Notes under the pieces: generated by a model | Seen by the model: only the letters and a program-made list of their open reading frames with translations | Database searches by the model: none | What the model was told of the DNA's origin: nothing | Assembly (NCBI GenBank): GCA_947481575.1 | Contig: CANKGV010000003.1 | Span: 51,934 to 115,933, forward strand | Direction of reading: 5' to 3' | Source of the DNA: Alphaproteobacteria bacterium | Lineage (GTDB): Bacteria; Pseudomonadota; Alphaproteobacteria; UBA2966; CAIVPW01 | Length of the DNA stretch: 64,000 bases | Made by a program: the position numbers and the translations under genes | In this document: piece after piece, positions 8,544 through 16,817 of the stretch | Layout of the letters: every line of letters begins with the position of its first letter | Numbering within the stretch: position 1 is the stretch's first letter

Positions 8544-11417
8544 CTACCGACTGATCACAGCCAGAGACGCCATTGTGATCGCGATCTGGCTCACTAGTTG
8601 GGCGATGCTTCCGGTAACTGCGAGAAGATTCAGTGGTGCAGCGTTCTTCGGGGCGACGATCGCGCTGCCCGGCGGGATTTGGACAGGGTTATAGTTCCAA
8701 ATGCTGGTCGATATGGGCTGCGCCGAACCGTTCGGGAAGATAAGGAACAGTCGGCTCTGATCGGCCGAGCGCTCGAACCCACCTGCCCGTTTGATGTACT
8801 CGTCAGCGGTAGAGCCCGACCGGAATTGTAGAGCACCGGGGTTGAGGACATCGCCAAGCACGAGTACGGAGTTTGGGCGCTTCGGCATGAATACTGTGTC
8901 ACCCGGTTCCAAGGCGGTGTCGAACTCGGGTCGAACCTGCAACACGGTCGGATCGGCCTCGATCACGACCCGACCCACCGCCGGGGTCTGTGCAATCTGA
9001 TCAGTCAAGGCTTGGAGCGCGCCGACGGCTCCGGCGCTAATTTCGCCCTTGGTGGTCGCGAATACCGCCGCTGCCGACAATTCCCGAGCGGCTTTGGCGA
9101 AGCCCTCTTGTTGCGCACGCTTAACACTTTCACGCGTGAATACAGCGCCGTAGGGATACGCCTGTGCAGTTAGCCCGCCCGCGCGGATCATTAGCTGCGA
9201 CAGCGTCTCCCCCCGACGAATCTCATAGTAGCCGGGGTGAACAAAGTCTCCGGCTAGCAGCACCGGGCCGCTTTCGCGGTCGGCAAACACTGGGTTGAAG
9301 CGCACGATATCGCCGGGATTTACCACGGCGGTCGCGGCCTGTGCGCCGCTCAAATCAAGGTTGGCCCGCGTCGCCTGGCCGGCCGTGACGGTGCTGCGTG
9401 TTATTTCTACCCGCTTGAGGTCGGCGGTCCGGGTGACCCCGCCCGCAGCGGCGACCACGCTTGTGATGGGAGCGCCATCTACGACCGGGTAGGCTCCTGG
9501 GGTTCGGACTTCGCCGCTGAGCGCGACAACGTATTCCAATGCAAAAGGCAGCAGGGCGGCATTCTGCTGGAAGAGTCGGGGACACACCTGCGCCGCCGTG
9601 GCTCGCTCTTGCGGCTGAACTAGCGCAGCCGTCTGCGCATTCTGCCGGGCTGCAGCGCCCGCCGCCTGGATTGCGTTGTCAAATCGCCCAGAGCGCGTGG
9701 TGCTCACGACACGAGCGAGAGCATCCAGCCCGCTGCAGGAAGGTTGCTGCTGGGAGGGCCCAATTGCCTTCTTGTCCTCGCCCGCAGCAAGCAACTCGAT
9801 CTTGCGATTTGCTACGTTCAGTTGCTCGGTGAGGTCCCTCAGTTGGCCTGCTATGGGCACTCCCTCCGGTGCCATCCCGGCCGCGTCCGGCTGGACAGCG
9901 ATCACCTTTTGGACGTACGGGGAAGACAGGAACTGGATGTCGCTGACCGTGAAGACGTATAAACGGTCCGCGTCGCTCAGTAGGTAGTCCAACTGGCCCG
10001 ACATGATTCGCTGCAGGTCGACTGGGAACAGCCGGCGACTAAGTGCGCCGGGATCGGTCGTCTCCAAGACGGCGAACGGCGTATACGCGTCAGGCTGCAA
10101 GTTGTCCGAGGCGCCGATCAATGCGCGCACGCTGGGGGCCGCGCCAAGTGTTCTGATCCCCGGCGCGCGCACTGCTCCAACGAGTTCTACAACTCCAACA
10201 TTGATCTCTCCGCCGAAGTCGACGCGCACAAGCGTTCCACTCAGGATCGGCGCTGTCAGGGAACTATTCTCGCTCACCTGCGAGCGCCCCGCGGCGTCGA
10301 ACGAGTACGTTGAAATGCGCGAGCCCTGGGGACGAAGGGTGTTGCCAGCCATGGCCAACGCCTCGCCTACGGTGAGGGAATTGCGGTCGGACGCAAGTTC
10401 ATAGATCCCGGGGCGCTTGACCTTGCCGGCGACGGCTACGGTTGCGCCAATTGTGGGCACAATGATTCGATCTCCTTCGTACAGCGCCAGATTGCGAGTC
10501 AAAGTTCCGTAGAAGATGAGGTCATAGAGATCAATCGTAAACGAGGCGCCCCCACGCTGGACGATCACGTGGCGGAGACTGCCTGTCTTCTTGATTCCCC
10601 CCGCCTGAGCTAACGCATCGAGGATCGTCGAAAGGCCGGTCAGTTGGTGGACGCCGGGCTGGGAGACTTCCCCCAGAACCGAGACTGCCACTAGACGCAC
10701 CGAACCAAGTGACACAAATACTTCGGTGCCGACATACGCCGATCGAACCCGGGCCTGCAGTTCATTTCGCAGTTCACCGAACGTCCTACCCGCCGCCAAG
10801 ATCGGCGGGAGGTTCTGGACGGTAATGTGGCCCTCGCGGTCGACCACCAAACGGTTTGCCCCATTGGCTTGACCGCGCAATGTGACCACTAGTTCATCGC
10901 CGATGCCGAGAAGGTAATCGGCGGGAATAGTCCCGTTCACCAGGACACTTGGGGTGCGCGCGCCGTCAAACGTTTCATACCCGAATTGAAGCAGTGCTTC
11001 GCGCGCCCGTTGGCAATAGTCCTGCTCCAGCGCGCCGAAATTGCCGATCGCCTCAAGCGCGTCGCGTTCGGCGTCTTTCAGGCGCCCCTCACAAAACCGC
11101 CGCACCACCAGCATTTCCGTCTCGGAAAGCTTCATCGTGCTCCGACCTTGCGTGGTCGGTTGCGCACGGGATGACAGCGGCGAAGCCGTCGCCTGTCCTT
11201 GGGCCGCAGGGGCCCGCGCGGCATCAATGGGCGTGGTCGTGCCACCTCCGGCCGCCGTAGCAGCACCGATGGCCGGAGTCTGAAGGAGTTGCTGCAGCAA
11301 GGTGGGAAAATCTTGCGCCGCGCCGGGAAGTGCAATGATCGAGTTCAGCAACGTCAACGCGACGGCGAATGCAACGACCGGTGAACTGCGGTTGAGCATC
11401 GAGTACAGTGTCTCCAT
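8544..11417 (-). CDS. Wza-like outer-membrane polysaccharide export protein with ~6-7 tandem SLBB (beta-grasp) repeats and C-terminal hydrophobic helix
   Basis: Start reassigned to ATG 11417 (METLYSMLNRSSPVVAFAVALTLLNSIIALPGAAQ signal peptide); Poly_export-like GDELVVTLRG...VQNLPPILAAGRTFGEL then repeated G-V-x-x-PG-x-Y...AGG modules; C-terminal LNLLAVTGSIAQLVSQIAITMASLAVI. Confidence 0.7.
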   Translation of the reverse strand: METLYSMLNRSSPVVAFAVALTLLNSIIALPGAAQDFPTLLQQLLQTPAIGAATAAGGGTTTPIDAARAPAAQGQATASPLSSRAQPTTQGRSTMKLSETEMLVVRRFCEGRLKDAERDALEAIGNFGALEQDYCQRAREALLQFGYETFDGARTPSVLVNGTIPADYLLGIGDELVVTLRGQANGANRLVVDREGHITVQNLPPILAAGRTFGELRNELQARVRSAYVGTEVFVSLGSVRLVAVSVLGEVSQPGVHQLTGLSTILDALAQAGGIKKTGSLRHVIVQRGGASFTIDLYDLIFYGTLTRNLALYEGDRIIVPTIGATVAVAGKVKRPGIYELASDRNSLTVGEALAMAGNTLRPQGSRISTYSFDAAGRSQVSENSSLTAPILSGTLVRVDFGGEINVGVVELVGAVRAPGIRTLGAAPSVRALIGASDNLQPDAYTPFAVLETTDPGALSRRLFPVDLQRIMSGQLDYLLSDADRLYVFTVSDIQFLSSPYVQKVIAVQPDAAGMAPEGVPIAGQLRDLTEQLNVANRKIELLAAGEDKKAIGPSQQQPSCSGLDALARVVSTTRSGRFDNAIQAAGAAARQNAQTAALVQPQERATAAQVCPRLFQQNAALLPFALEYVVALSGEVRTPGAYPVVDGAPITSVVAAAGGVTRTADLKRVEITRSTVTAGQATRANLDLSGAQAATAVVNPGDIVRFNPVFADRESGPVLLAGDFVHPGYYEIRRGETLSQLMIRAGGLTAQAYPYGAVFTRESVKRAQQEGFAKAARELSAAAVFATTKGEISAGAVGALQALTDQIAQTPAVGRVVIEADPTVLQVRPEFDTALEPGDTVFMPKRPNSVLVLGDVLNPGALQFRSGSTADEYIKRAGGFERSADQSRLFLIFPNGSAQPISTSIWNYNPVQIPPGSAIVAPKNAAPLNLLAVTGSIAQLVSQIAITMASLAVISR

Positions 11418-11463
11418 GAACGATTTCCCCGACCGCAACAGACCAAAGCAAACACGCGCATAC

Positions 11464-12114
11464 ATGCGGCGAGAGGTGCTCACCGCATCTACCGCATTCG
11501 TCTTGTCCGGCTGCACGGTACCAGCAGTGTTCGCGAACATTGGGACGGTCACCCGTACCAGCATCCTGGGCTTGCCGGATGCCCCGGTAGCCACTGCATA
11601 TATTCAAAGTTTACCATACGCGACCATCAGCGCAAAGATCGGCAAGGGGCAACGGTCGGTCCTGGTGCTGGCGCGATTTGACGGTCCGGACCTGCACTGG
11701 GTTTCGGCGGACCATGCTGTGTTTGTGACTCGCAATGGTCGGCTGATCCGCGTGTTTGGAGTTGGCGCGAGTCTAACTGACACGCTTCAACTGGATCGCG
11801 ATCCGATATGCAGCGGCAGCTACGACTTTGATCGCGAGTCGGTTCGTGCTGTCGATCTTGCGGCTGACCAGCGCTACGGAGTTCCCATCAAGTCAACGTA
11901 CCGAGTGTTGGGACGGGAGACGATCGCGATCATGGACCATCAAATCGACGTACTCCGAGTGCGCGAGTTCAGCTCAGCGGTATCCTTTCGTTGGACGTTC
12001 GAGAATGATTTCTGGTTTGATTTTTCGGACGGGTTTCTGTGGAAGAGCGTCCAGAACTTCAACCCCGAAATGGCGCCCGCGGAAATCACGGTGTTGAAGC
12101 CGGCGCGCGTCTAG
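11464..12114 (+). CDS. yjbF: YjbF/GfcB-like lipoprotein
   Basis: ATG 11464 gives MRREVLTASTAFVLSGC lipobox (LSGC); ~216 aa; divergent from the Wza-like gene. Confidence 0.45.
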   Translation: MRREVLTASTAFVLSGCTVPAVFANIGTVTRTSILGLPDAPVATAYIQSLPYATISAKIGKGQRSVLVLARFDGPDLHWVSADHAVFVTRNGRLIRVFGVGASLTDTLQLDRDPICSGSYDFDRESVRAVDLAADQRYGVPIKSTYRVLGRETIAIMDHQIDVLRVREFSSAVSFRWTFENDFWFDFSDGFLWKSVQNFNPEMAPAEITVLKPARV

Positions 12115-12179
12115 AGGCATTGTCCGGCGCAATACCACCGGACAATCAATCGATGCCGACCCCCGCTCCGCTCGGTGCC

Positions 12180-12215
12180 AAAAAAAACTGGGCGACCCGC
12201 AACTGAGTCGCCCAG
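12180..12215. terminator. bidirectional hairpin terminator (A8 - CTGGGCGAC - 10-nt loop - GTCGCCCAG)
   Basis: Perfect 9-bp inverted repeat 12188-12215 preceded by an A-run on plus (U-run on the minus transcript of the yjbE-like gene). Confidence 0.55.
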
Positions 12216-12273
12216 TCCCTCAGAAGATGTTTTGCCCACCGCGCCGAGTAGGGCGGGCAGCTGCCGTGCAGCG

Positions 12274-12690
12274 CTAGCGGTCGAGGTAAACGTCGTAACG
12301 GTACGTCGTTTGTGATGCCGATACAGTCGCTGTCGAGGTCGACGTAGACGTGCTGATAACCGAGCGCGCGCCGCCAGCGCCAGCAACGGCGGCGATTGCA
12401 ACCGCAACAGCAGCCGCAACGGCAATGGCTCCCCCGACGCCTAACCCCACCGCACCGATTCCCAGTCCGGCCGCCGCACCGCCGGCCGCGCCGCCGCCCG
12501 CACCAGCAGCAGCAGCAGCAGCATCCTGGCCGGCTACCGCGGTCGGAACCGACTTCTGCGAAAGCATGTTCTGTTGGAACTGCAGCGAGACTGCGGCCGC
12601 CGCGGCATCAGCGGCCAACGCCAAAGTCGGCGCAACGACCAGCGCAACTGCTACCCCAAACGCCATCGCCTTCATACGGAACTGGTTCAT
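12274..12690 (-). CDS. yjbE: YjbE-like small secreted Ala/Gly/Ser/Thr-rich protein
   Basis: GGAGG SD 4 nt upstream of ATG 12690; signal peptide MKAMAFGVAVALVVAPTLALA; then poly-Ala/Gly and STSTSTSTAT low complexity, resembling E. coli YjbE composition. Confidence 0.45.
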   Translation of the reverse strand: MNQFRMKAMAFGVAVALVVAPTLALAADAAAAAVSLQFQQNMLSQKSVPTAVAGQDAAAAAAGAGGGAAGGAAAGLGIGAVGLGVGGAIAVAAAVAVAIAAVAGAGGARSVISTSTSTSTATVSASQTTYRYDVYLDR

Positions 12691-12907
12691 TAGGCCTCCA
12701 AACGCTACAGAAATCCAAATCTTACGACCGCCGCCATGAGCACCGACGCAACTCCGAACCTACAGAAAGAATTATGCGTGCTCAAGGAGTGTTTTTTCCA
12801 ATGCAGATACTTCGTCACGCTTAGTAAGCGTAACCCTCGGGAAACCATGATTGGCTGGGAAATCGCGGCTACTTTAGCATCCCTGCTGGTGACGCTAAGG
12901 ATTCCCC

Positions 12908-14653
12908 ATGGTTGAGCCTCCCTGGCTGGCCGGCTATCCGCCCGCCATCGACTGGCATGCAGCGATCCCGGTGCAGCCCTTGCCGGCCCTGTTTGCCCAG
13001 TCAGCGCGCCGGTTTGGGCCGCGGCCGTGCCTTGATTTTCTCGGCCGCCGCTACAGCTATGCGGACGTCGAGCGTCTGATCGAGCGGGCGGCGCGCGGTT
13101 TTCAGAACCTTGGGGTAACCAAAGGTGCGCGGGTAGGCCTGTTCCTACCCAACTGCCCGCAATTCGTGGTCGCGTACTTTGCGATCCTGCGCGCCGGCGG
13201 GACCGTGGTGACCTTTAGTCCGCTCTACGCTGAGGCGGAACTGCGCCACCAAGTGCTGGATTCCGGTACGGAATTCATGGTGACGCTGAATCTGACGGCG
13301 CTGTACCCGCGGGCGCAGGCGCTGATCGGCGGGACCCAACTGCGCCGCCTGGTCGTGGGCACGTTGAGCGAAGTCCTGCCGTTCCCGAAGAATTTCCTGC
13401 ACCCGATTTTCCATCGCCGCGAGATTGCCGAAATCGACGGCGACGCGGTGCGTTTTTCGGACTTGATTGCCGACGCAACGCCACCGGCGCCGGTGGCGAT
13501 CAACCCCGACACCGATATCGCGCTGCTGCAGTACACCGGCGGCACCACCGGCACCCCGAAAGGCGCGATGCTGACCCACGCGAATCTCTCGGCGAACGCA
13601 CACCAAGCCCTGCTGTGGCTGGACGGCGTCCGCTGGGGCGAAGAGAAGATGTTGGCGGTGTTGCCGTTCTTCCACGTCTTTGCGATGACGGTCGCAATGA
13701 ACCTCGCCCTATACGTGGGCGCGGAGATCATCATCCATCCGCGGTTCAGGCTCGAAGACGTGCTGCGCGACATTCACCGCAAGCGGCCGACGCTGCTGCC
13801 GGGCGTGCCGACGATGTATGCGGCGATCAATTCCGCGGACCTGCGAAAGTTCGATCTCACGTCGATCCGGTTCTGCATATCGGGCGGCGCACCGCTGCCG
13901 GTCGAGGTGAAGCAACGCTTTGAGACGCTCACCGGGTGCAAATTGGTCGAAGGCTACGGCCTAACCGAGACGGCGCCGGTGGCGACCTGCAACCCGTTGT
14001 ACGGGGTCAATAAGGCTGGCTCGATCGGGCTGCCGCTGCCCGGGACGACGGTCACGATCACCGACCGGAATGACCCGTCACGGGTTCTGGGCGCGGGCGA
14101 GAGGGGGGAGATCTGCATCTCCGGCCCACAGGTCATGCGCGGGTACTGGAATCGTGCCGACGAAACCGGCGCCGCGATCGTGGACGGACGGCTCCGCACC
14201 GGGGATATCGGATACCTCGATGCCCAGGGATACGTGTTCTTGGTCGATCGTATCAAAGACTTGATCCTGGTCGGCGGATTCAACGTGTATCCGCGTGTGG
14301 TCGAGGAGGCGATTTACCAGCACGACGCCGTGGTCGAGACGATCGTGATCGGCATTCCAGACGACTACCGCGGCCAGGCCGTGAAGGCGTTCGTTCGCGT
14401 CCGCGACGGTGCGCGGCTCACGCAGGCCGAGTTGCTGGCGTTCCTTGAGTCACGGGTCGGCCGCCACGAGATGCCTCACGAAGTCGAATTCCGCGCCGCC
14501 CTGCCGCGGACCTTGGTGGGGAAGTTGTCCAAGAAGGAATTGGTTGAGGAGGAACTGGCGAAGGCGCGCGTCAAGTCCGGCGCCAACGTCCCGGCTACGG
14601 ACGCAGGCGCCGACCTCGCGCGCGGATCGCCGGTTGCCGACCCTGCTCGTTAG
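12908..14653 (+). CDS. fadD: long-chain-fatty-acid--CoA ligase (AMP-binding)
   Basis: LQYTGGTTGTPKGAMLTHANL AMP-binding motif, GYGLTE, C-terminal K of PEVEF..LPRTLVGKLSKKEL. Confidence 0.8.
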   Translation: MVEPPWLAGYPPAIDWHAAIPVQPLPALFAQSARRFGPRPCLDFLGRRYSYADVERLIERAARGFQNLGVTKGARVGLFLPNCPQFVVAYFAILRAGGTVVTFSPLYAEAELRHQVLDSGTEFMVTLNLTALYPRAQALIGGTQLRRLVVGTLSEVLPFPKNFLHPIFHRREIAEIDGDAVRFSDLIADATPPAPVAINPDTDIALLQYTGGTTGTPKGAMLTHANLSANAHQALLWLDGVRWGEEKMLAVLPFFHVFAMTVAMNLALYVGAEIIIHPRFRLEDVLRDIHRKRPTLLPGVPTMYAAINSADLRKFDLTSIRFCISGGAPLPVEVKQRFETLTGCKLVEGYGLTETAPVATCNPLYGVNKAGSIGLPLPGTTVTITDRNDPSRVLGAGERGEICISGPQVMRGYWNRADETGAAIVDGRLRTGDIGYLDAQGYVFLVDRIKDLILVGGFNVYPRVVEEAIYQHDAVVETIVIGIPDDYRGQAVKAFVRVRDGARLTQAELLAFLESRVGRHEMPHEVEFRAALPRTLVGKLSKKELVEEELAKARVKSGANVPATDAGADLARGSPVADPAR

Positions 14654-15569
14654 CCACCCGGCGTGCCTGGAACACGCGGTGCCCGGTCACCCGGAAAGCC
14701 CCGCGCGGCTGGAATCGGTGCTGGCGGCGCTGGCGGCGCCCGCGTTTGCCGGCCTGGTGCGGCGCGAGGCGCCGGAGGCCACGCGCGAGGAACTCGGGCG
14801 GGTTCACGAACTTGGCTACATCGACGCTGTACTCGCCGCCGTTCCGCCCCGCGGCATCGTCGAACTCGATCCGGACACCGCCCTTACCCCGGGGTCGGGG
14901 CGCGCGGCGCTGCGCGCGGCGGGCGCGGTCGTGATGGCGGTCGATGCGGTGGTCGGAGGCTCCGTCACGAATGCCTTTTGCGCCGTGCGGCCACCCGGGC
15001 ACCACGCCGAACGCGGCCGGCCGATGGGGTTCTGCATCTTCAACAACGTGGCGGTGGGGGCCTTGCACGGGCGCGCGGCCCACGGGCTGGAGCGGGTCGC
15101 GATCCTGGATTTTGATGTCCATCACGGCAACGGCTCGCAAAATGTGTGCGCGCCGGATTCCGCGTTGTTTTACGGCAGTACCCATCAGAGTCCGGCGTAT
15201 CCAGGGACCGGGCGCGCCCACGAGACGGGGGTAGCCGGCAACGTCGTCAACGTGCCCTTGCCGCCCGGCACCGGCGGGGCCAAGTTCCGCAACGCCTGGG
15301 CCGAACAGATTCTCCCGGCGCTCGACGCGTTCGCCCCGGATCTGGTGATGGTTTCCGCCGGATTCGATGGGCACCGCGACGATCCGCTTGCGTCCCTGCT
15401 GCTGGAGGAGGCGGACTTCGCCTGGGTGACCAAGGCGATCGGGGCGGTGGCGGCGCGCCATGCGCGCGGCCGCCTTATTTCGGTGCTGGAGGGCGGCTAT
15501 GACGAGGACGCCCTGGCGTCGAGCGTGCAAGCGCACGTAGCGGAATTGATGCTCCTGCGGCAGGCATAG
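14634..15569 (+). CDS. histone-deacetylase-family protein (AcuC/acetylpolyamine amidohydrolase-like); start uncertain (TTG 14634 or CTG 14643; track ORF opens at 14409 inside fadD)
   Basis: LLVSHPACLEH...PPGHHAE...DFDVHHGNG...GGYD catalytic motifs of Zn-dependent deacetylases. Confidence 0.65.
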   Translation: MPTLLVSHPACLEHAVPGHPESPARLESVLAALAAPAFAGLVRREAPEATREELGRVHELGYIDAVLAAVPPRGIVELDPDTALTPGSGRAALRAAGAVVMAVDAVVGGSVTNAFCAVRPPGHHAERGRPMGFCIFNNVAVGALHGRAAHGLERVAILDFDVHHGNGSQNVCAPDSALFYGSTHQSPAYPGTGRAHETGVAGNVVNVPLPPGTGGAKFRNAWAEQILPALDAFAPDLVMVSAGFDGHRDDPLASLLLEEADFAWVTKAIGAVAARHARGRLISVLEGGYDEDALASSVQAHVAELMLLRQA

Positions 15570-15630
15570 GATACCTTGTTCCCCTCGCAGCAGCGAGCAG
15601 TACACTTCATCCTTGTGCGGAGGGATGTGA

Positions 15631-15894
15631 ATGGCCCCCGACGAACTCTCCGAACCTGTGCCCGCCGACATCCGCAAGCTTTCCTTCGAGAAGGCGCTGC
15701 AGGAGTTGGAGGATATTGTGCGCCGGCTCGAAAGCGGCGAGGTCAGCCTGGAAGAATCCATTGCCACGTACAGCCGCGGTATTCAGTTGAAGCGCCACTG
15801 CGAGGCGAAGCTGGAATCAGCCCGCCAGCAGGTCGAGCGCATCGAACTGAAGCCGGGCGGCGCACCCGCGTCCGAGCCGGCTGCCTTTGAATAG
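15631..15894 (+). CDS. xseB: exodeoxyribonuclease VII small subunit
   Basis: SFEKALQELEDIVRRLESGEVSLEESI signature, 87 aa. Confidence 0.85.
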   Translation: MAPDELSEPVPADIRKLSFEKALQELEDIVRRLESGEVSLEESIATYSRGIQLKRHCEAKLESARQQVERIELKPGGAPASEPAAFE

Positions 15895-15904
15895 CGCCGC
15901 ACCC

Positions 15905-16810
15905 ATGCGGGCGCGCCGGGTCGAACCATCGGCGGCCGAGGCGATGGCGGCGACGGGCCGTGCGGTCGACGCCTTTGTGCGCGATCACCTGACCGGTTCG
16001 AGCGCGCCGGATGGCGGACTGTTCGAGGCGATGCAGTATGCGGCGCTCGGGCCCGGCAAGCGGTTCCGGCCGGCGCTGGTGATGGCGGGTGCCGAGTTGT
16101 TTGCCCTGCCGCATCCATCGGCGCTGCGCGTGGCGGCGGCGATCGAGCTGGTACACACCTATTCGCTCGTCCACGACGACCTGCCGTGCATGGACGACGA
16201 CGATTTGCGCCGCGGCCGGCCGACCACCCATGTGAAGTTCGGCGAGGCGACGGCGGTGCTGGTGGGCGATGCCTTGTTGCCCCTCGCCTTCGAGCTGCTC
16301 GTGCATCCGGAGACTCATTCGCGCGCAGAGGTTCGGATCGAACTGGTGCGGGGCCTTGCGGTCGCCTCCGGCGCCCATGGCATGGTCGTCGGGCAGATGC
16401 TGGATCTGGCGGCCGAACACCGGGTGCTGGACTTGGACGGCATCACGCGCCTGCAGGAACTCAAAACCGGCGCTTTGATCACCTTTGCCTGCGAATCGCC
16501 GGCGGTACTCGCCGAAGCCAGCGGCGGCGAGCGGGCCGCGTTGCGCGCATTCGCCCGCGACTTGGGACTCGCGTTCCAGATCACCGACGACATCCTGGAT
16601 GTGGAAGGCACCGCCGCGGCGGTGGGCAAGGGCGTGGGCAAAGACGCCAGCGCGGGCAAAGCCACGTTTGTGTCGCTGCTGGGGGTGGAAGCGGCGCGCG
16701 CCCGGGCGGACGGGCTGATGGAACAAGCGGCCGCGCACCTTGATTGCTTCGGCGCACGTGCGGCAACCTTGCGTGCGCTGGGGCGATTTGTGGTACAGCG
16801 CAGTGCCTAA
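15905..16810 (+). CDS. ispA: farnesyl-diphosphate synthase / geranyltranstransferase
   Basis: [22 protein letters not shown] (first DDxxD) and FQITDDILD (second) motifs; ATG 15905 preferred over track TTG 15887. Confidence 0.8.
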   Translation: MRARRVEPSAAEAMAATGRAVDAFVRDHLTGSSAPDGGLFEAMQYAALGPGKRFRPALVMAGAELFALPHPSALRVAAAIELVHTYSLVHDDLPCMDDDDLRRGRPTTHVKFGEATAVLVGDALLPLAFELLVHPETHSRAEVRIELVRGLAVASGAHGMVVGQMLDLAAEHRVLDLDGITRLQELKTGALITFACESPAVLAEASGGERAALRAFARDLGLAFQITDDILDVEGTAAAVGKGVGKDASAGKATFVSLLGVEAARARADGLMEQAAAHLDCFGARAATLRALGRFVVQRSA

Positions 16811-16817
16811 GACACCG

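Noticed and set aside
12350-12824. Pro/Ala-rich plus-strand ORFs (129 and 142 aa) opposite the yjbE-like gene
   Set aside because: Mirror-image low complexity of the Ala/Gly-rich coding strand; the minus-strand frame has a signal peptide and SD, these do not
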